Program-made: the position numbers and the translations under genes
The notes under the pieces: model-generated
What the model saw: only the letters and a program-made list of their open reading frames with translations
Databases searched by the model: none
Told to the model about the DNA's origin: nothing
Shown: positions 1 to 15,037 of the stretch, in pieces
Layout of the letters: the number at the start of each line of letters is the position of its first letter
Numbering within the stretch: position 1 is the first letter of the stretch
DNA from: Lobosporangium transversale
Lineage: Eukaryota
Direction of reading: 5' to 3'
NCBI RefSeq assembly: GCF_002105155.1
Contig: NW_019029004.1
Location: 1 to 64,000, forward strand
Length of the DNA stretch: 64,000 nucleotides

Positions 1-1553
1 TGATGAGGCCAAGCTTGAAGATATCATTGCCAAACACATTGGCATGGGGAGAGTTTCCTACTTTGCTATAAAACTTTGCAAGAGCCCTATTGCTAGCGCG
101 GAATAAGAGAGCGCGACCACCGGCTCCAGCCCCCTCTACAGATGGTTCGGATAAAAAGTGAATATTAGTATAATGTATTAGTATAATGGCATATTAAGCA
201 TCTTTCTAAAATTCTCTACCAAGGTTGACAAAGGCCTTGACGTCAGCTGCCCATGGATGTTTCATGAACGCTGCTGCGCCAAAGAGTCCAATTTCCTCGC
301 CATTATTGATATTGAAGATGACATTGTGCTTGACAGGATGGTGAATTAAATTACGGATCATCTATTATTAATAGAGAAAAAAAAAAAAAAAAAAAAAAAC
401 CCCCCCCCCGAGATATGTTAGTTTTAGAAGGTCATGGTTCTTATAAAAAGCATAGTTCAGGATTATAGAACAATCAGAGGTCTGTCATACCTCTAGGCAG
501 ACAACTACGCCAATGCCATCGTCTGTTGCACCATGTCCAATTAGAACAGAATCTAATAAAGTTGATAAGGAATTAAAGTTTGTTTAATTATGATCAAGCA
601 AAGAAAAGGCAAAAGATGCAAATATTTTTTGCCAGTACAGATGTTTTCATCAGCATGCAGTGCAGCATTATTTCCTTTCCCTTCCCTCCTTCAAGGATAA
701 TTATAATGAAGGGAGAAATAAAAAAAGTTATGGGACAGTTGTGATAGTTTCATAAAATATTTAAGATCCAAGAAAGTTATTTTGCTCTCATGTCCCAAAA
801 TGGATTCGATGACTGGGATAAATATCTCCGGCAACGGAATTATGCTGACAGATGTTCATAATCTTCCCTCATTTGTCATCCTTTCTTTTTTTTTTTTTTT
901 TAAACACATGTGCACATGTGTCAAATAAAGATTACTAGATTTTACTTGCCATAGTGAGCATCAACCACAACGGCCTCAGGATGGCCTTTCTTGCTGTTTT
1001 CTGCACGGCCTTCTGTGCCAACAACACGCACAAGAATATTGGATGATTCATAAAACTCAAGACGGGTCGAGTTGCTCAAGAAGTTTTGGGCCAATGTCAT
1101 CTTGACATTGTCATCTGCAATCTCAACAATCCTGTTCAGCTGACGTGCTTCTTCCTGCAGATCCTTGACGGCCTTGACAAGATAATCATAAACACGCAAA
1201 TTCTCATGCGAATTAATAGGGTGAGGTTGTCGAGCGATCTGTTCGAGATGTTTCCAAGCCCATTGAGCAGAGAAATCAAACGGACCAGTAGCATCTGCAA
1301 CGGATTTAGGAGATGGAAGTGAAAGCCGCTTGTAGCTAACAATGCTACCAATGACCAAGTAGGACACAGCTATGAGCAAGAAAACACCGGCCATACGACG
1401 CCAGGACCCTTGATTGATAGTGGAACTAGCAGGCATCGAGCCACGTCCCAAATAAGGAGATTGACCGTTACGAAGCAGAGGAGACTCTTCTGAGGGTTCA
1501 TCCTCGCTACTCCGCCTGGTTGGCCTGTCAGAACGAGAATTGGACTGAGCCAT
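1..1553 (-). CDS. PFF1: Peptidase family M28 vacuolar/ER membrane metalloprotease (PFF1/ERMP1-like); 5' part, runs off the window edge
   Basis: N-terminal TM helix, then spliced motifs [38 protein letters not shown] and FVNL|EGAGAGG typical of M28 ERMP1/Pff1. First intron 553-949 has a GC donor. Confidence 0.85.
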
Positions 1554-2074
1554 ATCTCTGTTCTTGGACGGTTTGCGATTGTGAAGGGTCGACTATGTGG
1601 TGGTACCAGATCAGCAACCAACAGCAGATCAATTGCACGGGTAAAGATTTGACCAAGCCAGGGGAAACAGTTAAAAAAAGGGGGAGTGAGAGTGAATGAG
1701 GAAGAAAAAGAATATTACACCAATTTAGTGAGTGAGCGAGTAAGCCTGACACGATACAAGTAGAGTGTCAACTGTAAGAAAGAGGCAATGGATGAATCTT
1801 ACCATGCATTCAAACGATGGACTGTGGTCAAAGAGAAGAATGAATGTCAAAGCATGAGGCCATGCTTCTTTAAATTTTTTATTTTTCTGCAGTAAAAGCA
1901 AAACTCAGTCTGGCCAATCAACAGACACGCGTATCTGTTGTGAGGGATGACCAGGGACAGACGAGCTTGCCACTTGCACTTCTTTCTTTCTCATTCATTT
2001 TTTTCTCATTAGAATAAATCAACTCCATTTCTTCAAAAAATATCTCCTTCGCTCAACGCGCTACTTTTCTCAAT

Positions 2075-2793
2075 ATGGCTATGGCAGTAAGTTAGCCAGT
2101 TTCACAACTCTGCCAAAGTCAATTTGCGTTATGATACATTACATCTTGACAAAAGTAATCCCGACCCATCACTTTTAGAACCTTTTTGGCTTCTCAGCCC
2201 CGGTGGACGTTGAAATCAACTTCAATGGTCAGGAAAAGCGAAAACAGATTGAGGCCAAAGTCGACAAAGACAGACGCGAGAAGTTTCCTCTTTACTTTGA
2301 TGGAGAGACTGTTGCAGGCAAGGTAAAAAAAAAAAAAAAAAAAAAAAAAAAGCTCGCTGGAGCAAACATCTTCTCCTTCCCCTATCAATCATTCAGTAGC
2401 AGCAACCCCTCCTTCCCTTCTTTCTTTTTGAAGCTTACGACTTTATTCTTCTTCAGATCAATATTAGAGTCAAGGATGGTAAAAAAGTGGAGCACAATGG
2501 CATCAAGGTCGAGTTTGTTGGAAGCATAGGTATTATCACGCAGCAACAAAAAATCACTGGAGTCTAAAGCGATCGATACGATTAATTCTATCCGACGTCA
2601 AATGACAGAATCTTTTCTTTGTTTTTGTTTTTCAAAGAGCTCTTTTATGATCGTGGAAACCACTATGAATTCAGGACTATGCAACAAGAATTGGCTGTGC
2701 CTGGCGAGCTTCGCAATAATACAACATTCGATTTCGAGTTTAAGAATGTGGAAAAGCAATATGAAAGTTATCATGGCATCAATGTCAAGCTGA

Positions 2794-2830
<37 letters not shown>

Positions 2831-3793
2831 AGAAACTAAAATCTTATGGATTCTCTAGATCAAAGAAGACTGAGGATAGTTGTTCTCATGATAACTTATC
2901 CTTGTAGATACTTTGTCCGTGTCACAGTTCAGCGACGATTGGCAGATGTGGTAAAGGAACAGGATATCTGGGTGCATTCTTATGTGATGCCTTCAGACGG
3001 CAACACTTCAATTAAGATGGAAGTAGGTATTGAGGACTGCTTACACATTGAATTCGAGTACAATAAATCAAGGTATATCCACAACATACTGTTCAACCTG
3101 ATTTTGTAAAGCTTGTTCTTGGATGAAAGAAACCCGAACTGCAACAACACTATGTATAGCTGCTAAACTAAAATTTTATTTCGTTGAATAGATATCATTT
3201 GAAGGATGTTATTGTTGGGAAGATCTATTTCCTCTTGGTCCGCATCAAGATCAAACACATGGAGCTTTCTATTATCCGCAGGGAAACTACAGGTGCACCA
3301 CCAAATCAATACAATGAGAGCGAAACCATCACAAAGTTTGAAATCATGGATGGTGCGCCTGTTCGTGGCGAAACCATCCCTATACGTCTTTTCTTAGGAG
3401 GATTCGAACTTACCCCAACGTTCCGAGACGGTAATAATAGCTACATGTGTTTATTTATTTTTTTTTTTTTCCAATGTTTCGTTCCACAGACATGTCCTAA
3501 AAATGTTACAATCCAATCGGGTTTTCCCATTAAAATAGTCAACATGAAATTCTCTGCAAGATATTATCTGAACTTGGTTCTGATCGATGAGGAAAATAGA
3601 CGCTATTTCAAGCAGCAGGAGATTACGATTTTCCGTCGTCGAGGTAAACACCACGCGATTTTTTTCTGCAAGTGTCAGCCTTTGAACCTAAAATGTCCCA
3701 TGTCACGCATTAACTTTTTTCTATTTCATCTATTGTTTCGTTTCAGATGATGACGAGATTGTGGATGACCAAGCAAAGATAGATCAAATTTAG
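2075..3793 (+). CDS. VPS26: Vacuolar protein sorting 26, retromer subunit (multi-exon)
   Basis: Exons encode EKFPLYFDGETVAGK, SIKMEVGIEDCLHIEFEYNKS, YHLKDVIVGKIYFLLVRIKIKHMELSIIRRE and RYYLNLVLIDEENRRYFKQQEI; GT-AG introns; stop TAG at 3791-3793. Confidence 0.97.
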
Positions 3794-3956
3794 AGAGTTC
3801 ACCCCGTGTAAACTATGTCGCTATGCTTTATAAAGCTTCCATTCGAATACAATGCCAATTACAAAGAAAAAGTACAAGGGCTTTTCTTTTTGGATGTACT
3901 ATATACGAACAACACACTATATCCAATAGACACGAACAATGTTTCCTCATCACCCA

Positions 3957-6515
<2,559 letters not shown>

Positions 6516-6950
6516 CTTTAATGATGGGTCTTTAACAAGAAAATGAAGAAGAGAAAAGAAATGGCGAAGCTGTCTATGCAAATAGATCATAGTGACTCCG
6601 GCACAGCCTGTGTCCCAAAGTCCACACCTCCAAATGCGGCTTAGGCTTTCGCCTGTAGGGATGTGGCGTAGAATCTAGTGCAACTAGAATTGTAGGCCGG
6701 CTCGTCACAATTGTGTCAAAAAAAAAAAAAAAAAAAAAATCTATTTAAAGCAGTTTCTCAACAAGCCAACTTGGCGTTAATAGCCAAGTCACAGAAGCCA
6801 AGAGCTACTTCTCCTGGAGTCTAGGGCCAATAGGTATTAATTCTGGTATCAGGTGTGTGAAAGCTTGGGCATGTTGTACTGTTGGATACTCTCCATTATT
6901 CGAAGGAAGCTACATTAGTTCTTTATTTATTGAAAAGAGCTATGAATAGT

Positions 6951-7475
6951 TCACGAACGATCCTCAACGAACTGCATCTGCATATTGATGTGTCCGTTAC
7001 TACGGAGACCAAGCCACTTGGGAAGATTGTAGTCTTTGGGTCCCTCACGGCCTGTGTTAAAGACATTTGTCAAAGAGATGGAAGTGTCGCCAATCTTGTC
7101 ATTACGGAATGTATCCTTATCAACAACACGGACATGCAGTTTGTCTTGGCCAGGACGAACATAGAAGCAAAAAGTCTCGTCGAAGACAGGGTTGAGGCCC
7201 TTCGTGTCCTTGGATCGGTGCTTGTATGATTTTTCAAGCCACATCTCAATAAATGGATCCGACTTGCCAAACCAATCCTTGTCCTTCAGATTGGTGGCAC
7301 GGTTCAACTTGACGTAGAGCTGACCCTTGTGTTTGGAGGCTTGGATAGTGGGGTCGAAAGCAGTGTCAGAAGTGCTTCCAAGATCCATGCAGCTGGTGTC
7401 TGCTGAAGAAGATACAACAGCAACGGCGGCAAAGACAGGAGCAATGATCAAAGCGGACAAGGTAAGGAGCTTCAT
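6951..7475 (-). CDS. Small intronless protein with predicted signal peptide and a single C2 domain (paralog A)
   Basis: Hydrophobic N-terminus MKLLTLSALIIAPVFAAVAVVSSSA; C2 motifs GQLYVKLNRATNLKDKDWFGKSDPF, NPVFDETF and VVDKDTFRNDKIG. Confidence 0.88.
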   Translation of the reverse strand: MKLLTLSALIIAPVFAAVAVVSSSADTSCMDLGSTSDTAFDPTIQASKHKGQLYVKLNRATNLKDKDWFGKSDPFIEMWLEKSYKHRSKDTKGLNPVFDETFCFYVRPGQDKLHVRVVDKDTFRNDKIGDTSISLTNVFNTGREGPKDYNLPKWLGLRSNGHINMQMQFVEDRS

Positions 7476-7946
7476 GGTTTAGTTGGGATATGAGCAAATG
7501 ATACTTTGACAAACTGCGTCTTCACAGACCTTATATCTTTTTTTTTTTTTTTTTTTTTTTTCCAAGAGGAACCCATTGAGAAGCATTTGATACCCTGGGT
7601 CTTTTTCTAAGACCAATGTTTTGGCGAGATAGACAGAAAAGACACTCATTCTGCTACATCCTGACTTGGATCCAAGCCATGAGATGAAACTGTTGTTATA
7701 ATTATAGTTATTTCTATGTGAAACGTGTTCCAATGCATCATTTTACGCGTATCTTTCTCTCTGAAAGCCAAACTACTTTGGATCCATTTGTCTCCAATAA
7801 ATCTCTCATTTTTACATTTAAATGGAGAGCAAATTACACGTCCTTTCGAGTAAAAATCAACATTAACTCAATTGCCCACTCAACAACTAACCTGTAAAAA
7901 TCAGTCTGCTTTACATCCTTTTTTCCCCTTTATACTTCGCTCCACT

Positions 7947-8444
7947 ATGCGTTTTAAAACCCTTATCGCCATCTTCCTTATGCCTGTCGCTGTCATGGCC
8001 GCTACAATCCCAGTAGTCAAGACCGATGTCGAAGCCAGTGGTGTCAACATTTTGGCCACCAAGAAGGGTCAACTCTATGTCAAGTTGAATCGTGCAAACA
8101 AACTCACCAATAAGGACCGGGTAAGCAGAAATGACCCTTTTATCGAGATGTGGCTCGAGAAACCATACAAGCAGCGCTCCAAGGACACCAAAGGCCAAGA
8201 TCCGGTTTTCGATGAGACCTTCTGTTTTTATGTCCGCCCTGGCCAGAACAAGTTGTATGTCCGTGCTGTTGATAAGGACACATTCAGTAATGATAAGATT
8301 GGGCAGACTACCATTTCTCTGGATCAAGTAATGGCGAGTGGCGAGAGCCCTGCTCAAGATTACAAACTCCCCAAGTGGTTCGGAATCTCTGACAACGGCT
8401 CTGTCAATATCCAGCTGAAGTTTGTTGAAGACAAGTCTGCGTAA
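7947..8444 (+). CDS. Small intronless protein with predicted signal peptide and a single C2 domain (paralog B)
   Basis: ATG at 7947 gives MRFKTLIAIFLMPVAVMAA; C2 motifs GQLYVKLNRANKLTNKDRVSRNDPF, DPVFDETF and AVDKDTFSNDKIG; clearly paralogous to 6951-7475. Confidence 0.88.
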   Translation: MRFKTLIAIFLMPVAVMAATIPVVKTDVEASGVNILATKKGQLYVKLNRANKLTNKDRVSRNDPFIEMWLEKPYKQRSKDTKGQDPVFDETFCFYVRPGQNKLYVRAVDKDTFSNDKIGQTTISLDQVMASGESPAQDYKLPKWFGISDNGSVNIQLKFVEDKSA

Positions 8445-8654
8445 AAAAATCTCATCATATGCTTTATAAACTCTACAGCTATCCAGCCAATATTTGGATT
8501 TAATAAAGGAAGATTGCATATCAAATTAATAGACGAATGGAACCTAGTGGATTGCTCATTCCTTATTTATTTTTATAATGATATAAATGTCCCAGTTCAA
8601 CGGCAAACAAAGACTTTTTTTTTTTATTTTTTATTTTTATTTTTTTATTTTTTT

Positions 8655-10747
8655 TCACCAATAGAACACATCAATGTGATGGTCGCCTTTGGGGAACAAA
8701 ATGTTCAACAAAAGACGAGTCGATTCATCCCTGATAAGGACATCACCATATGCCTCATTCAACTCTGTCAATGAACGCAAGCCTGTGACTAAGGGTGTGA
8801 ATGTAAGCGGCATGAAACCTGCACTGAAAATTAACGGCGCCTCTCCTTCCTTTTCCCAAGCCAGTCTCTCCTCAAACAACTTTTCAGGCGATGGTTTGGC
8901 CCAGTCCTTTGCATCCTCAATTTTGCCATCCTTGAAGATAACTTCCAGTCCCTTTCCACTAGATCCTTCAACTTTGCGGTAAAAATCAAGTTGCAGCCGA
9001 CCATTCACACCAGCCAGTGCAGAGTTGGCAAGACGTTTCTCCAATTCTGGAGCAACCTTCTTAATGAAGGCTGAATAACTGAGAATACGAGTATATACTC
9101 TGAAACCTTGCTCATAGCTAGGCTTACGCTTAAGGCTCTGGCCAAGAAGGAGGCTCAGAGGATGTCGCTTGTGCAAGCTATATGCAAGCTGGAACGGCGC
9201 TTCTTTTTTCTCGTCTTTTTCGGTAGGAACCGATGTATTCCCGCTGGTTGCGGCTACAATCGATACGATGGGACCACTTGGGGAAGCAGTGGATTCCGGT
9301 TCAGCTTCTTTAATTCCTTCGTCCGATGGCTCCTTGTCACTTGCCAACGCGGCCTCACGTTCTTTAATAATCAGGGCCTGACGTTCCTTGGTGATATCAA
9401 AGAGCTGCCTAAGAACTGAATGCCAAGTCTGAACATAGGAAACTTCTTGTTCATCTAAGGCCATAGCCTCCAACTGGGCCCCGAAGAATCCATTGGATAG
9501 CACTGTGAATCCAACAGGCTTTTTAGATGCCGCGTCAATGATGATCCGAGTGTCACGATCTCCATCGAATCGGTTCTGTTTGATCTCAAATACATCATGT
9601 ATAGTGTACCGCCAGTATTCGGGACTGTAATGAGTACCGACCGTTGCGTTCAAATGCATGTTGGCAGGTGTACTGAGACGGTTTAAAAATGGAAGATCGT
9701 CCTTGTTAGCAACGCGGAGGATGTAGGGTTCTGACTTGCCTTTGGCAAGCGTGGGAACAACACTGGTGCTCTCGATTTTAGCATTTGGCCTAACAAGTAG
9801 GCCATACTCATATCCAAATTGACTATCATCATGTGGGAAAAAGGGTACAAAAAGTTATGAGGGATGTAACTTTAAATAAAATGTCTCAATTATCAGGATG
9901 AGTGAGAAATCTTACCGATAAAAATGTGCAATACCAGGAATCAACTGGAGAACATCGCCTCGAGCGTCTGATTCAGGGTGGACCAGCTCAAAAAGGAGCT
10001 TTCGGATAAGTCCCTTATTGCGATATTCCTGGCAAGAGCACATGCCATAATTTATCAATGAAGAAAATAAATATAAATAAATAAAGACAACAGTCGAGCT
10101 GTTACAAATACGTTTTTAAGAAAAAAAGGGTGCTTACAGGGTCGGTCGCAATCAATTCTGGTTTGCCAAAAGACAAATCCACAGATCCATAGAATGCTCT
10201 CACTCGATGCAAAGATACACATGCTACAATCGGGTTCTTGCCATTCGAACGCTTAGTATCCTCGACAAGTGCGTAGTCATGTTCACTCATAACAGCTGAT
10301 TTTCCACTCAATAATCGTCTCTAAACGATTAGAATCACAGCGGTTTGCTATCGTCAGGAATATCACCCAATTGTTCTCCGTATCGTGCGCCCGTGGCAAA
10401 ACAAAAAATAAAAAATAAAAACAAAACCGAATAGTTCCTTACTGCGGCTGCAATCACAAACTGATTGGGACCGGGGATTCTATCAGTAGGATGGGGATCT
10501 CCAACAGGAAGCCACTAATAAAATCGAGAGATTTATGACGATCTTATTATTAATCATGATATTAAAAAACCCCTGACCTTGATCTACATAAATTAAGAAC
10601 GTCGTGATTTTTGTTGAGTACCCTGAAGCATTCACCAAGGAGTTTTCCGACATTTTCAGTATCATCCTTGGTGGACCAACGAAGTATGAGTCCGTCACCG
10701 ATATCGATGGTTTTACGCTGCTCAGTTGGAAAGTGTAAAGAGCCCAT
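8655..10747 (-). CDS. GNAT-family (Eis-like) acetyltransferase, multi-exon
   Basis: Spliced product has GDGLILRWST, FGKPELIATDP|EYRNKGLIRKLL (acetyl-CoA motif A), IPGIAHFYR|QFGYEYG and a C-terminal SCP2-like segment (GRLQLDFYR..GLEVIFKDGKI..FTPLVTGLRSLTEL). Confidence 0.75.
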
Positions 10748-11088
10748 GTTGGAAGTGAGATGGAGAACGTTATGCCCTTACGAATGACGATGATAATTAA
10801 AAAGAAAATGTAAGTGAACAACGAAAACAAACAAGACAAGATGAGGTTCTGTGGAAGAAGAAGGAAAAAAGAAGGAACAGAACCAAACAAGGCTGCGGAT
10901 CATTATTTATGTTGGTAACCAAGCTAATTATCGCTTCCTAAAAAGGTGAACAAGTTGGCACATTCTTGGCAAACACTGGTGTTTTGTTGCGAAGCTCTTT
11001 CTATCAACTGCAACGCCGAGACAATTTGTTTATTTATATACAATGTTCTATAGTAGAGATCTGCCATGTATGGTATGGTAGACGCGCT

Positions 11089-12693
11089 CTATATATTACT
11101 TGTACGAAGATTACACAAGGCTTGAAACTGTCTAGGCATCTCGACATCGACTCCAAGACCGATATATTTATCTAGGTTTCTAGCAATATCCTGAGGGAAC
11201 GGCCACTCCTTGGGATTGCTGACAGAATCAAGTCGAGCCATCTGGGATGGCTTCAACGTGAACTCCAATGCGTTCAGGTTATCTTCCAACTGCTCCAAGG
11301 TACGAGCACCGATCAAAGGTGACGTGATGCCAGGCTTTTGCAATATCCAGTTCATTGCCACTTGTGCGGGTGTTCTGTTACATTCTTGAGCAATGGCCTT
11401 GACCTCGTCCAAGATTCTCCAGTTTCTGTCGTGTTTGAAGTGGCTGTCCACCTGGCCTTTGCGCTTACTATCCTTGTTTTTCTGTTCGCGCGAATGCTTT
11501 CCAGTGAGGAATCCTTCAGCAAGGACAGACCAGGGGATAATTCCAATACCCATATCCGCACACATGGGCTGAATATCGGACTCGAGGGAACGGTTCAAAA
11601 GATTATAGCGTGTTTGGAAGCCAATGAACGGTGTCAATCCGCGTAGATCAGCCATTGTGTTGGCAGCTATTGAAATGTAAGACAAACCCATATGATCCTT
11701 AGATATTGTTCATCAAAGCAAATAACAACAGTCAACAATAATAAAGAAAAAGACAACTACAACATACAAGAAACCACCCAGCTGGGAGTGTCGCTCACAG
11801 CAACATAGAGAGCTTTCCCTGCACGGACAACATCGTCCAAGGCCCGCATGACTTCGTAAATGGGGATTCTATACTCCCAGAGGTGGACATAGAGGATGTC
11901 CACGTAGCCCACTCCCATACGCTTCAAACTACCATCCAAGGTCTCTACTAGATTTTTGCGATGGTTGCCACCTGGAGAGTAAAACAATAGCATCAATCGT
12001 ACAATGTTTAATTCATAACGACTCACTTTAAGTGAGAGAACTAATGATAAAATCCACGTCATTCACATTACCAGCATTGGCATTGGGATGACTATATCGA
12101 CCTGCAAGAGTCTCATTCGACGCTGCATTGACTGTAAAGGAGATTAGTACACGGAAACAGAAAATGAAAGTTGTCTGAACAAGATGGCATGCTTATGCTT
12201 ACTTGTGTACTTTGTGGCGACCACACACCCGCTTCTCTTGCTAGAAATGTATTCTCCCAAGAATCTTTCCGAATCACCATTTGTGTAAGTATTGGCGGTG
12301 TCAAAAAAATTGCCTCCTCTTTCGTAGTAAGTATCGAATATTTTTCTACACGCTTCCTTATTGTTACCATAGCCCTAAAAAAGCACCCATTCGTAGTGAT
12401 GGGCGTCTAATAGTAAATAGCAGGCCTATCTTGTCGAAGCATACTACATTTACCCATTCTTCTCCAAAGGTCTATATTGAAACATGGAAGAGGTTATTAT
12501 AGGCTTGATGAAAGAGATCGCTCACAGAAAGCAAAAAAAAAAAAAAAAAAAAAAAAACCAAATGCCTTTTTAAAATTACCAGCGTCCCGAGCGCTAAGGG
12601 ACTGACCCGAAGTCCAGATTTGCCTAAAAGCACATAGCTATCCAATGCTATCAGGGTCTGATCGATAGATGAGTTATCAGAAGTATCCTTCAT
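11089..12693 (-). CDS. Aldo/keto reductase (aryl-alcohol dehydrogenase-like), multi-exon
   Basis: LGKSGLRVSPLALGT, GGNFFDTANTY, VDILYVHLW, GKALYVAVSD, IPWSVLAEGFLTGK and PLIGARTLEQLEDNL motifs. Confidence 0.93.
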
Positions 12694-13046
12694 ACTGATT
12701 GAATGTTAAGATGTTATTAGGAAAGGAAAGAAAAAAAGGAAAAAAGAAAAATAGCGGAAGGAAAAGAGGAAGATAGAGAAAGGTGAACAAACAATAAAAA
12801 GTAGTTGAACCGAGAACCGAAACATATTCTCCCTCATGCGGTCCCATTCATTGGCAAGTGAAGAATCATGGTCAGATAGTAAGCATTACATTTCATAACG
12901 AAAGTCAACGTGTAGACGATCTACTGACATGCAATCTATCCTGTTACTGTTTATTCATACGGGCTTTTTTTCCCCTCTGCACAGTAACGTTTCCTTTTTT
13001 CTTTTCTTCTTTACTATTTTCATTTTGTCATAAAGATACGCAGACC

Positions 13047-14022
13047 ATGACTGCCGTCGTCTCAACAAACTGCCCTGATCTTCAATTCGTTGCCCGCGGA
13101 AAAGTCCGTGATCTCTACAGAGTCGACGACCACTCACTCCTTTTTGTCGCCACCGACAGGATCAGTGCTTTCGATGTGATCATGAACAATGTAAGAACCG
13201 CGAATGGGTTCATGACAAAACAAACCTTATTGATCTGATCAGAAGAAACGTGTCCTCCGCTGTATTTTTTTTTTTTTTTTTTTTTTCCTTGAATGCATAC
13301 ACTCTGACTCACCCACTTAGTTCACAATTGATAATTTGAATTATCTCTGGGGGAAAATTACAGGGAATTACCAACAAAGGCAAGCTTCTTACAAAGATCA
13401 GCGACTTCTGGTTCTCATATCTCAAGGATGTTGTACCCAACCATCTGATCACCGCCAACTTTGAAGAGATGCCTGATAAAGTCAAACAGTACCGTGATCA
13501 ACTCGAAGGTCGATCCATGCTTGTTAAGAGTCTGCGTGTCCTTCCCATTGAATCAATTGTCCGAGGGTACATCACTGGCAAGTGAACGAATAACTTTTTA
13601 AGAATGTTTAAAACAAATACCAGCCAGTCAAACTAACCAATTTTTTTTGATTTCTACAGGTTCTGCATGGAAAGAGTACAAGGAGAAGGGAACTGTGTGC
13701 GATATTGCTCTTCCTGAAGATATGCAGGAAAGTCAAGCATTCCCCAAGCCATTGTGGACACCAAGTACCAAAGCCGAAATCGGCGATCATGATGAAAATA
13801 TTCACCCAAGCAAAGCTGCAGCCATCATTGGTGAGAAGCATGCTGCCGAAATGGCTAGGGTCTCTGTTGAGCTCTACACCAAGGCTCGTGACTATGCTTT
13901 GGAGCATGGAATTATCATTGCCGACACCAAATTTGAGTTTGGTGTCGATGAGAACGATAATCTTTACTTGATCGATGAGGTCTTGACACCAGGTAAAGAA
14001 CTTGACTGCCAATCTCCATATC

Positions 14023-14054
<32 letters not shown>

Positions 14055-14454
14055 CGGTGGCATTGCTCAATATTTGGTAAAGCAACCGATCCTATAATAT
14101 GTAACATCGTTCGTTAATGCTACATTGCGATGTTTAATGTAATTAGATTCTTCCCGCTTCTGGCCGGCTGCATCTTATAAAGTTGGAGCTAGTCAAGACA
14201 GGTATAATAATTTATCGCAGGAAAAAAACACCATGTGTGAGAATACATCAGTCGTTAGTATCGCTCACTCATATCTTTTTAACTCCACCTATTTTAATGA
14301 TAGTTTTGACAAGCAATATATCCGTAACTACCTTGAATCAATTGGATTCGACAAGACCACTGGTATCACTCTTCCTGAGCATGTAGTCACCAACACAATG
14401 GCCAAGTATCAAGAAGCATATAGGTTACTCACTAGCAAGGACGTGCAGCTCTAG
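13047..14454 (+). CDS. ADE1: SAICAR synthetase (phosphoribosylaminoimidazole-succinocarboxamide synthase)
   Basis: [68 protein letters not shown] and [11 protein letters not shown] motifs. Confidence 0.97.
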
Positions 14455-14731
14455 AGATTACTAAATAGTTCGAATAAATTATTGCCTGGCTTTCATTAAC
14501 AATACAAACTCGATCCAAAATACGCGAAATAGGTGAATATGTACGATTATCAGGAAGTTTTTTTATTTTTTTTTATTTTTTTTTTTTTTTGAAAAACCTC
14601 TGAAAATAGCTCTTATGCAGCATATATAATGGTTTATCAATCAACATGAAAGTTTACACTTTTGTTAAGAGATCGATGGTTATTTAATGACCATACTGAG
14701 AGAAACCCCATACTAGCTGGACCACGGTTTA

Positions 14732-15037
14732 CTCTATTGTTCCAAGCGCAAGCAAGATGTTTATGCACAGAGATGTGATGGCTGGCCACAACATAGCCAA
14801 CGTCGTCCGCGGATATTAACAGCTACCCCTCTACCTTCAGCTGATAGACAAGGTTGGAGCATATCCATGGATGAGAGGCAGTTGTTCAGCGCGCGTCAAA
14901 TGTCGAGCACTATTCGAGGCTGAATAGGGATCAAGAAACCGCGAGAAAATCCATCACCGAAGCAACATCTATGACGTATTTTGAGAGAGGTTTGTGTTAT
15001 ACTCCAAATACGTATGTTCAGTACATGTACTGTACAT
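14732..15037 (+). mobile_element. Degenerate 3' remnant of a Fanzor/TnpB-like gene (zinc-finger end, RuvC-III motif, C-tail) followed by a hairpin-rich segment
   Basis: Translation LYCSKR/fs/MFMHRDVMAGHNIANVVRGY*QLPLYLQLIDKVGAYPWM resembles the CxxC..HRD..A..NI RuvC-III signature of TnpB/Fanzor. It contains one frameshift and one stop. Stem-loops follow at 14883-14926, 14974-15013 and 15014-15037. Confidence 0.6.

Noticed and set aside
780..860. C/D-box-like words (GATGA...CTGA) in the long M28 intron
   Set aside because: They lie on the strand opposite to the host transcript, with no clear terminal stem or recognisable rRNA guide.
6600..6720. GC-richer stretch upstream of ATE1 checked as a tRNA
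   Set aside because: No cloverleaf and no TTCGA T-loop or A/B boxes.
7911..8519. 202-aa minus-strand ORF
   Set aside because: Antisense shadow of the C2-domain gene 7947-8444; no recognisable motifs.
8655..14454. GNAT + AKR + ADE1 as a possible biosynthetic or detoxification cluster
   Set aside because: No backbone enzyme, transporter or regulator, and ADE1 is core purine metabolism; adjacency alone is not evidence.
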